Assembly (NCBI GenBank): GCA_020354945.1
Contig: CP070655.1
Span: 817,529-827,710, forward strand
Reading direction: 5' to 3'
Origin: Candidatus Omnitrophota bacterium
GTDB lineage: Bacteria > Omnitrophota > Gorgyraeia > JABMRG01 > JAFGKX01
Length of the DNA: 10,182 nucleotides
The notes below the pieces were generated by a model. The model was not told the origin of the DNA. It saw nothing but the letters and a program-made list of their open reading frames with translations, and searched no databases. Position 1 is the first letter of the stretch. Every line of letters begins with the position of its first letter. The translations under genes and the position numbers were made by a program. Shown here piece by piece: positions 1 to 6,780 of the stretch.

Positions 1-2
1 AA

Positions 3-293
3 TGGGCAAAAAAAGTTGAACAATTGGGCGCAGGAGAAATTCTTTTAACCAGCAAGGATGCTGACGGAACGAAAGACGGATATGACATTGAAATGACCAA
101 AGCAGTAGCAGAGGCAGTCTCAATTCCCGTTACTGCCTCCGGAGGCGCAGGGAAATGGGAGCACCTTTATGAAGCAGTAACTCAGGCCAAAGCAGCCAAT
201 GTGTTATGCGCTTCAGTATTTCATTTTGGAGAAATTACAATTCCTGAAGCAAAAGAGTATTTGAAAAATAGAGGAATTTCGGTTAGGATATAA
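3..293 (+). CDS. hisF: Imidazole glycerol phosphate synthase cyclase subunit HisF, C-terminal part (5' end outside window)
   Basis: Frame is open from the window edge ([28 protein letters not shown]...ASGGAG...[18 protein letters not shown]), matching HisF C-terminal motifs. The ORF-track start at 24 is an internal TTG. Confidence 0.95.
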   Translation, partial: WAKKVEQLGAGEILLTSKDADGTKDGYDIEMTKAVAEAVSIPVTASGGAGKWEHLYEAVTQAKAANVLCASVFHFGEITIPEAKEYLKNRGISVRI

Positions 294-297
294 TAGA

Positions 298-339
298 CAG
301 TTTTCACCAATCAGTTTTCAGTTATCAGTAAAGAGTTTT
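298..339. repeat. Degenerate heptamer tandem repeat, ~6 units
   Basis: cagtttt caccaat cagtttt cagttat cagtaaa gagtttt fills the hisF-DUF1846 spacer. Confidence 0.6.
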
Positions 340-342
340 ACT

Positions 343-1860
343 ATGATAGAAAAAGTTGGTTTTGATAACGAGAAGTATTTAAAAGAGCAGACTCAAGCTA
401 TCTTAGAAAGGGTTAAAAGGTTTGATAATAAATTATACCTTGAGTTTGGCGGCAAGCTTATCTTCGATTACCACGCCTCAAGGGTCTTGCCCGGGTTTGA
501 CCCTAATGTAAAGATGAAACTCTTGCGAAAATTGAAGGACAAAGCCGATATCCTGCTTTGCATTTATGCCGGCGATATCGAGAGGAAGAAAGTAAGGGCG
601 GATTTCGGGATTACTTACGATGTCGATGCGCTTAAGCTAATAGATGATTTAAGGGAATGGGGTATTGATATATTAGCAGTGGTAATAACCCGGTTCGAGA
701 ATCAACCGGCAGCCAAAGTATTTAAAAATAGATTAGAACGAAGAAACATAAAAGTATATACCCACTCCTATACAAAAGGCTATCCAACAAATGTAAATTT
801 AATCGTGAGCAAAAATGGCTATGGAGCGAATGAATATATCAAGACTAAAAATCCATTAGTCATAGTTACAGGCCCAGGCCCGGGCAGCGGAAAATTGGCC
901 ACCTGCCTTTCCCAGCTATATCATGATTATAGAAAAGGGGTAAAATCAGGATATGCCAAATTCGAAACATTCCCTATCTGGAATTTACCGCTTAAACACC
1001 CTGCGAACGTTGCTTATGAGGCAGCTACGGCCGACATCGGGGATTTTAACCTAATCGACCCATTTCATTTAAAGGCCTACAATAAAAGGGTAGTTAACTA
1101 TAATCGCGACGTAGAGATGTTTCCGGTAATTAAGAGGATATTAGAAAAGATAATGAAGGCCAAACCGATATACAAATCTCCTACAGATATGGTGGTAAAT
1201 CGGGCCGGCTTTGGTATTATTAATGATGATATAGTAAAAGAGGCTGCGAAACAAGAAGTTATAAGGAGATATTTCAGATATTCTTGCGAGTATGCAATGG
1301 GTTTTGTAGATAAAGAGGCAGTGCAAAAAGTAGAAGCACTTATGAAGAAACTTAAAGTTAAACCAGAGGATAGATGTGTTGTTGAGCCAGCAAAGGGTGC
1401 TGCCAGGGAGGCCAGCGATAAGAAGAAAGGGCACGAAGGGATTTTTTGCGGGGCAGCTATACAATTAAAGGATGGTTCAATTGTTACGGGAAAAAACTCA
1501 TCCCTATTGCATGCGGCATCGAGCCTTATTTTAAATGCCATAAAGCAATTAGCGGAAATTCCGGATAAGATACATCTATTATCCCCTAATATAATAGAGT
1601 CGATAGCAAATCTTAATAAAAATATCTTAAATTCAAAAGAGGTAAGTCTGGATCTAGATGAGGCCTTGATTACTCTGGGCATAAGCGCAGCCACAAATCC
1701 CGCTGCCGGTTTAGCTGCAGAGAAATTAAAAGAACTTCAAGGCTGCGAAGTTCATATGACCCACATCCCCACTCCGGGCGATGAGGTAGGCTTAAGAAAG
1801 TTGGGAGTCAACCTTACCAGCGACCCAAATTTTTCCACTAAAACTCTTTTTGTAACCTAA
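343..1860 (+). CDS. DUF1846 / UPF0371 family protein, function unknown
   Basis: 505 aa. N-terminus GFDNEKYL...KLYLEFGGKL..DYHASRVLPGFDPN, P-loop-like GPGPGSGKLAT, and GYAKFETFPIWNLPLKHP are characteristic of this family. Confidence 0.9.
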   Translation: MIEKVGFDNEKYLKEQTQAILERVKRFDNKLYLEFGGKLIFDYHASRVLPGFDPNVKMKLLRKLKDKADILLCIYAGDIERKKVRADFGITYDVDALKLIDDLREWGIDILAVVITRFENQPAAKVFKNRLERRNIKVYTHSYTKGYPTNVNLIVSKNGYGANEYIKTKNPLVIVTGPGPGSGKLATCLSQLYHDYRKGVKSGYAKFETFPIWNLPLKHPANVAYEAATADIGDFNLIDPFHLKAYNKRVVNYNRDVEMFPVIKRILEKIMKAKPIYKSPTDMVVNRAGFGIINDDIVKEAAKQEVIRRYFRYSCEYAMGFVDKEAVQKVEALMKKLKVKPEDRCVVEPAKGAAREASDKKKGHEGIFCGAAIQLKDGSIVTGKNSSLLHAASSLILNAIKQLAEIPDKIHLLSPNIIESIANLNKNILNSKEVSLDLDEALITLGISAATNPAAGLAAEKLKELQGCEVHMTHIPTPGDEVGLRKLGVNLTSDPNFSTKTLFVT

Positions 1861-1863
1861 AAC

Positions 1864-1906
1864 TACCGTTTACGGTTTTGTTCGGATACCGTTTACGGTT
1901 TTGTTC
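1864..1906. repeat. Two-copy tandem repeat (20 bp identical, 23-bp period) with internal palindrome
   Basis: taccgtttacggttttgttc at 1864-1883 and 1887-1906. Each copy contains accgt-tt-acggt. Confidence 0.9.
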
Positions 1907-2300
1907 CGGTAACTGTCCCCTTTGATAAATATTTTGCTGCCTTGTATATCATCACTCCTGATAAAATTCCTAGCATATCTGCTAACAAATCTAAAGTTTC
2001 AAATCCTCTTAATGGGACAAAGCTCTGATAATACTCATCAAAAAAAGCACAAATACTGCCGGTTAGAAACGCCACAATGATAAAATACTGTTTTAGGAAA
2101 TTTGTCTTTGCATTAAGGTATGACCTTGCAAGAAGCAGCCCGAAGATAGTATATTCTACAAAATGTATCCATTTATCGGAAAAGGAAGGCAAAGAAGGCG
2201 GGACAACCAGCGAATACGAGGATAAAGTGAATATTAATCCTGCGTATAAATAGCTCGGTAGGTAATATTTAAACCAGGCCTGTTTTTTTATGTTGTCCAT
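1893..2300 (-). CDS. VanZ-family membrane protein
   Basis: 135 aa, hydrophobic. DKWIHFVEY and DEYYQSFVPLR...DLLADMLG match VanZ-like motifs. AAGGGG upstream may act as an RBS. Confidence 0.88.
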   Translation of the reverse strand: MDNIKKQAWFKYYLPSYLYAGLIFTLSSYSLVVPPSLPSFSDKWIHFVEYTIFGLLLARSYLNAKTNFLKQYFIIVAFLTGSICAFFDEYYQSFVPLRGFETLDLLADMLGILSGVMIYKAAKYLSKGTVTGTKP

Positions 2301-2321
2301 AGCCGCCCCTTAAAAACGAAA

Positions 2322-2345
2322 TGGCACGCCCAAGAGGATTCGAAC
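2322..2345 (-). repeat. Exact 24-bp duplication of the tRNA-Arg 3' end (T-loop to CCA)
   Basis: tggcacgcccaagaggattcgaac at 2322-2345 is identical to 2608-2631, 286 bp away. Confidence 0.95.
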
Positions 2346-2590
2346 TGTCGTGTCGTGGCTTCCGTTTACTTCGTAAGCCTCAGCCACTCACTCCATAAAA
2401 AGAAACCCTGATAGTTTCTTTTTAATGTTTATCTTCCTTCCGCATAGTAGAAACTTTGCGCCGATAGGGGAAAACAATCTTTTTCCGGCCGCCTCACCTT
2501 CTCGGCGGCGCTCGTAGTTTGTTCGCACTTATTCGTGCGAACACTCGCCCCTAAAACCCCTTTTTAGGTTCTCATCCCAAGGACTTGCCA
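2322..2590 (-). ncRNA. Putative tRNA-linked structured RNA/repeat element (RtT-like architecture)
   Basis: At least 7 consecutive hairpins, imperfectly complementary termini, a tRNA-identical CCA end, and no credible ORF. Confidence 0.5.
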
Positions 2591-2607
2591 AATTTTCAAA
2601 GAAAATT

Positions 2608-2684
2608 TGGCACGCCCAAGAGGATTCGAACCTCTAACCCCTGGTTCCGTAGACCAGTGCTCTATCCAATTGAGCTATGGGCGC
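2608..2684 (-). tRNA. tRNA-Arg(ACG), 77 nt, encoded CCA
   Basis: Reverse complement GCGCCCATAGCTCAATTGGATAGAGCA CTGGT CT ACG GA ACCAG GGGTT AGAGG TTCGAAT CCTCT TGGGCGT G CCA folds into a full cloverleaf. Confidence 0.97.
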
Positions 2685-2686
2685 AG

Positions 2687-2707
2687 GAATTTTACTTCGT
2701 AAAATTC
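2687..2707. repeat. Perfect 9-bp-stem mini-hairpin with GAA loop, 2 nt 5' of tRNA-Arg
   Basis: Minus strand GAATTTTAC-GAA-GTAAAATTC. Confidence 0.8.
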
Positions 2708-2737
2708 AGTCGTAAGTTGTAAGTATTAAGTCGTAAG
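2708..2737. repeat. Heptamer tandem repeat, 4 units, in the tRNA-Arg leader
   Basis: agtcgta agttgta agtatta agtcgta ag. Confidence 0.7.
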
Positions 2738-2739
2738 AT

Positions 2740-2768
2740 AATATAACATAATAGCCTACAAATCTCAA
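2740..2768 (-). promoter_or_regulatory. Sigma70-type promoter for tRNA-Arg
   Basis: Minus strand TTGAGA-17 bp-TATATT with a TG extended -10. Confidence 0.7.
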
Positions 2769-2815
2769 GTTTTTTCAATTGTTCTAAAATAAGACTTCCA
2801 TAAACAAAAGCTATA

Positions 2816-2824
2816 TGTTAAAAT
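2816..2824 (+). promoter_or_regulatory. Extended -10 promoter candidate for tadA
   Basis: TGtTAAAAT ends 14 nt before the tadA ATG. There is no good -35 and no Shine-Dalgarno. Confidence 0.45.
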
Positions 2825-2838
2825 TTAACGCATAACTT

Positions 2839-3306
2839 ATGAAAAAAGATGAAATCTATATGAAAGAGGCGCTGAAGGAGGCGGTTAAAGCACAACAAAA
2901 GGACGAAGTCCCTATTGGCTGCGTAATTGTTCATAAAGACAGAATTATTGCGCGGGCCCATAATCAGGTAGAGACTTTAAAAGACCCCACTGCCCATGCG
3001 GAGATGATAGCCATAACTCAAGCAGCAGCGGGTTTAAAAAGTAAATGGTTGCAGGGCGCAACGGTTTATGTTACAATTGAGCCCTGCATAATGTGCACCG
3101 GCGCATTAATTCTTGCAAGAATCAAGCAATTAGTTTTTGGCGCAAAAGACCCTAAAACAGGAGCATGTGGTTCTGTTTTTGATATACCTAAAGAAAAAAA
3201 TCTCAATCACAGATTCAAGATAAAATCGGGCATGATGAAAGAAGACTGCGCTTCTCTTTTAAGCGGGTTCTTTAAGAAAAAGCGAAAACTTACGCTTAAA
3301 ACTTAA
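2839..3306 (+). CDS. tadA: tRNA-specific adenosine-34 deaminase
   Basis: 155 aa with EVPIG, DPTAHAE, EPCIMC zinc motif, and GAKDPKTGACGS. Confidence 0.93.
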   Translation: MKKDEIYMKEALKEAVKAQQKDEVPIGCVIVHKDRIIARAHNQVETLKDPTAHAEMIAITQAAAGLKSKWLQGATVYVTIEPCIMCTGALILARIKQLVFGAKDPKTGACGSVFDIPKEKNLNHRFKIKSGMMKEDCASLLSGFFKKKRKLTLKT

Positions 3307-3333
3307 AACTAAATATTTGCGAAGCAAAATTTT

Positions 3334-3426
3334 GGAGAGGTGTCTGAGCGGCCGAAAGAGGCGGCTTGCTAAGCCGTTAAGGGGGTTTTACTTCCTTCGT
3401 GGGTTCAAATCCCACCCTCTCCGCCA
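3334..3426 (+). tRNA. tRNA-Ser(GCT), 93 nt, long variable arm, encoded CCA
   Basis: Acceptor GGAGAGG/CCTCTCC, anticodon arm GCGGC-TT-GCT-AA-GCCGT, variable stem AAGGGGG/CTTCCTT, T-arm GTGGG-TTCAAAT-CCCAC. Confidence 0.96.
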
Positions 3427-3456
3427 ATGCAACTAATTTGTAACCCATAATTAACC

Positions 3457-5121
3457 ATGACATACATAGTATTTGCCAGAAAATGGCGGCCAAAGACCTT
3501 TGATGAAGTAATTGGCCAGGAGCATATTACCACTACATTAAAAAATGCCATAGAACAAAAAAGGGTTGCCCACGCCTATCTTTTCTGCGGGCCGCGAGGG
3601 ACAGGAAAGACAACCACTGCCCGCCTATTAGCAAAGGCATTAAATTGCGAAAAAGGTCCCACACCTGACCCTTGCAATAAATGCACATCATGCCTAGAAA
3701 TTACAGAAGGAAGAAGCATTGATATAATTGAGATAGACGCTGCTTCAAATCGCGGAATTGACGAAATAAGAAGCCTGCGGGAGAGCGTAAAGTTTAGACC
3801 GCAGGGCGGCAGATACAAGGTATATATTATAGACGAAGTCCATATGCTTACCCAGGAAGCATTTAATGCATTGCTTAAGACTCTGGAGGAGCCACCCGCC
3901 TATATTAAGTTTGTCTTTGCCACTACTGCCGCGCATAAGGTATTACCGACTATTTTATCCAGATGCCAGAAATTCGATTTCAAACGCATATCATCAAAAG
4001 ATATAATCTCTAAAGTTAAAAAGATAACCGCCGCAGAAAAAATAAAAATAGAAGAAGCAGCCCTGTTTACTATTGTCAGAGCAGCATCCGGAAGCATGCG
4101 AGACGCAGAGTCCATACTTGACCAGATGAACAGCTTCACCAAGGGCAGGATATCCCTTGATAGCGTAAATTCTGTTCTTGGCTTGATAAGTCAGAATATT
4201 TTAATGGAATTTACTCAAAGTATAATAAAGAAGGATACCGCATCAGCCCTTAAACTCGTTGATAAAATTATGAATGACGGTAAAGATGGATATCAATTTC
4301 TGGCAAATTTGATTGAGTATTTTCGCAATATTTTAATTGCAAAACAGGGGAAGGATTTAGGAAAACTTTTAAACCTTCTTCCGGAAGAGATAGAATCAAT
4401 TTCTAAACAGGCTGCCAATTTTACCATTGAAGATATTCTATACATACTTTATACATTGATAAATACCACCTCCTCCATGAGATATGCGCCGTCGGTAAGG
4501 ATACCACTGGAGATGCTCGCCGTAAAACTTACCCGTAGAGAGTCGATAGTTTCGTTGGCGGAGATATTAAAACGCATTGCGGCGCTGGAGGAAAGAATAG
4601 TAGGCGATATCCAGCTTGACAGTCTTAAAAAAGCCGTAAAAACGCCGGAGCAGATTGCAAAAACGCCGCAGGAAACCAAAACTGCCGGTAAATCGGAGCA
4701 TCTTGATTCTGCCAGTTTATATAGGTTAAGAGAGATATGGCCGCAGGCAATAAAAAGAATCAAGATAGAGAAGATATACGTTGCATCCTGTTTAGAGGGA
4801 GCAGAGATAGTAGAATTCAAAGATAATATATTAACCTTGGGCTATGCCAAAAACAACAAATTTCATAAAGAGATTTTAGAAAAAACCCAGAATAAAAAAC
4901 TCATAGAAGCAATCGTTTCTGAACTCCTGAATGCAAAAGTAGTGATAGAATACATTATGTCAGATAAAATCAAATCGGCCGGCGAAGAAAAATCTGATTC
5001 TGATAAAGAAAGGAAAAACCGGCCTGAGGCAAGAAGGGACTCTATTAAAAAGGCATTATCCGATCCTATCATACAATCGGCTTTAGATATATTTGACGGC
5101 AACATAATGAAGTTCTTTTAA
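3457..5121 (+). CDS. dnaX: DNA polymerase III subunit gamma/tau
   Basis: ARKWRP, Walker A GPRGTGKT, Zn-binding cysteines, IIDEVHML, SRC motif, and a C-terminal tau-like domain. 554 aa. Confidence 0.97.
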   Translation: MTYIVFARKWRPKTFDEVIGQEHITTTLKNAIEQKRVAHAYLFCGPRGTGKTTTARLLAKALNCEKGPTPDPCNKCTSCLEITEGRSIDIIEIDAASNRGIDEIRSLRESVKFRPQGGRYKVYIIDEVHMLTQEAFNALLKTLEEPPAYIKFVFATTAAHKVLPTILSRCQKFDFKRISSKDIISKVKKITAAEKIKIEEAALFTIVRAASGSMRDAESILDQMNSFTKGRISLDSVNSVLGLISQNILMEFTQSIIKKDTASALKLVDKIMNDGKDGYQFLANLIEYFRNILIAKQGKDLGKLLNLLPEEIESISKQAANFTIEDILYILYTLINTTSSMRYAPSVRIPLEMLAVKLTRRESIVSLAEILKRIAALEERIVGDIQLDSLKKAVKTPEQIAKTPQETKTAGKSEHLDSASLYRLREIWPQAIKRIKIEKIYVASCLEGAEIVEFKDNILTLGYAKNNKFHKEILEKTQNKKLIEAIVSELLNAKVVIEYIMSDKIKSAGEEKSDSDKERKNRPEARRDSIKKALSDPIIQSALDIFDGNIMKFF

Positions 5122-5185
5122 CGCGGAAGAATGCTAATTTATTGCGAATGAACGCGAAATTGCGTTCAAAACTGAAATCCGAATA

Positions 5186-5785
5186 ATGAAAAGCTATACC
5201 GGGTCAATGTCAAACCTTATACAGGCCCTTAAAAGAATGCCAGGTTTGGGGCCTAAGAGCGCTGAACGCATAGCCTTTCATATCTTAAGGATTCCCCAAA
5301 AAGATGCAAAGGCGCTTGCCTTCTCAATACTAAAGGTGAAGGAAAGAATAAAATTCTGCTCGCGTTGCGGCAATTTAAGCGAAGAAGACCTTTGCGATAT
5401 ATGTAAAGACTCAAACAGGGACAGGTCAATAATATGCGTCGTAGAACAGCCAAATGATATATTAGCGGTTGAGAAGACCTCTGCCTTTAAAGGGCTATAC
5501 CATGTTTTAGGAGGTGCACTTTCACCTTTAGACGGCATAGAGCCGCAGAACTTAAGAATAAAAGAGTTGTTCGGTAGATTAAAAAAAGAGAGAATAAAAG
5601 AGGTAATAATCGCCACCGATTCCGATTCCGAAGGGGAGACTACCGCTCTGTATTTAGCAGACCGGCTTAAAAGAACACAGATTAAGGTAACCCGCATAGC
5701 ATTTGGCCTTCCGGCAGGTACCAATCTTGAATATGCGGATGAAGTTACCTTATCAAACGCTATAGAAGGCAGACGGAATCTGTAG
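5186..5785 (+). CDS. recR: Recombination mediator RecR
   Basis: HhH PGLGPKSAER, C4 zinc finger CSRC...CDIC, Toprim ICVVE...YHVLGG, EGETTA and EYADEVTL. Confidence 0.97.
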   Translation: MKSYTGSMSNLIQALKRMPGLGPKSAERIAFHILRIPQKDAKALAFSILKVKERIKFCSRCGNLSEEDLCDICKDSNRDRSIICVVEQPNDILAVEKTSAFKGLYHVLGGALSPLDGIEPQNLRIKELFGRLKKERIKEVIIATDSDSEGETTALYLADRLKRTQIKVTRIAFGLPAGTNLEYADEVTLSNAIEGRRNL

Positions 5786-5834
5786 CAATTTTTTTGGAAT
5801 TGCTTCTGCCGAAGTTTCGGCCCCGCAACAGGGC

Positions 5835-5863
5835 TTGACATGCGTATGTATTTTTAGTATAGT
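5835..5863 (+). promoter_or_regulatory. Near-consensus sigma70 promoter upstream of the hypothetical + por operon
   Basis: TTGACA (5835-5840), 17-bp spacer, TATAGT (5858-5863). Confidence 0.8.
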
Positions 5864-5907
5864 AAGCGTTACAAAAGGGTATGGTCCCTAAGAAAAAGGA
5901 GGGCATG

Positions 5908-6195
5908 ATGAAAGAATATAAGTTTTTAAAAGTAGCGCGTGCCGTATTTAAGGTATTGGCGTGGTTGGTGCTGAGTTTGGGGATAATAGTCGGCATAATT
6001 GTTTTAGTAACAGGGGGCGCTATATCTACAGCTGCATTAACGCCTCAAGGGACCACGGTTCCACCTACCCCTAAAGCCGCAGGCCTGGTATTTATGATTA
6101 TGGGCGCTTTGTATTTTTTGATACTTTACACTATTTCTGAAGTCATTGGTCTGCTTTTAGAGATCAGAGAAACCTGCAAACCATCTGCTGCTTAA
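5908..6195 (+). CDS. Small hypothetical membrane protein, two predicted TM helices (~95 aa)
   Basis: RBS AAGGAGG at 5896-5902 favours ATG 5908 (or 5905) over 5881. Two hydrophobic stretches are separated by a Pro/Thr-rich loop. Confidence 0.8.
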   Translation: MKEYKFLKVARAVFKVLAWLVLSLGIIVGIIVLVTGGAISTAALTPQGTTVPPTPKAAGLVFMIMGALYFLILYTISEVIGLLLEIRETCKPSAA

Positions 6196-6219
6196 GAATA
6201 ATTCCCATTAAGGAGATTT

Positions 6220-6780
6220 ATGTTAGAAGTACGCTGGCACGGACGCGGCGGTCAAGGAGCAAAAACTGCTGCCCAGTTTTTGGCAGAGGCCGCCATGGAT
6301 GCGGGGAAGTTCATACAGGCCTTTCCTGAATATGGGCCCGAAAGGGCAGGCGCTCCAATCAGGGCCTATACCAGGATAGATGATGCGCCTATTAAAATAC
6401 ACTGCGGCGTAACAAATCCTGGCATAGTAGTGGTTGTTGACCCTACCCTGATGTCAGAAGAGGTACTGGATGGCTTGCCCGAAGATGGGATACTGGTAGT
6501 TAATACTTCAAAGCCACCTGAGGAGTTAAAAAAAGAACTTAATATTGCTACAGTTAAAGTTGCTACAGTAGATGGCACAAAAATAGCCCTTGATACTCTT
6601 GGGTTGCCAATGCCTAATATCCCTATGTTAGGCGCCTTGCTAAAGGTTAGCCCTGTAGTTTCTTTAGAAAAACTTAAAGGCCAAATCAGGCATAAGTTTT
6701 TAAAAAAGCTCGGTGAGGAAAAAACTAATGCTAACATAGAAGGTATGGAAAGGGCTTATAAAGAGACAAAGGTTTCTTAA
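6220..6780 (+). CDS. porC: Pyruvate/2-oxoacid:ferredoxin oxidoreductase gamma subunit
   Basis: EVRWHGRGGQG and FPEYGPERAGAP motifs. RBS AAGGAG at 6210-6215. Confidence 0.93.
   Translation: MLEVRWHGRGGQGAKTAAQFLAEAAMDAGKFIQAFPEYGPERAGAPIRAYTRIDDAPIKIHCGVTNPGIVVVVDPTLMSEEVLDGLPEDGILVVNTSKPPEELKKELNIATVKVATVDGTKIALDTLGLPMPNIPMLGALLKVSPVVSLEKLKGQIRHKFLKKLGEEKTNANIEGMERAYKETKVS

Noticed and set aside
1864-1906. Mini CRISPR array
   Set aside because: Only two units separated by 3 bp, with no spacers and no cas genes.
2430-2446. SRP RNA (ffs): minus-strand CGGAAGGAAG resembles domain IV, and ffs often lies near tadA-dnaX
   Set aside because: The flanking CAGG and AGCAG internal-loop residues and the enclosing stem are absent.
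2322-2684. tRNA with a T-loop intron, tmRNA, or an intact prophage/ICE between attL and attR
   Set aside because: The tRNA at 2608-2684 is already complete. I see no group I core or tag ORF, the end is Arg-type rather than Ala-type, and 262 bp holds no integrase. A decayed island remains possible.
4626-4639. Programmed -1 frameshift in dnaX at TAAAAAAG
   Set aside because: The phase is T AAA AAA G rather than A AAA AAG, and no clear stimulatory hairpin follows.
4638-4671. Short duplication aaaaacgccg(g/c)ag in dnaX (KTPEQIA-KTPQET)
   Set aside because: Ordinary low-complexity variation in the tau linker.
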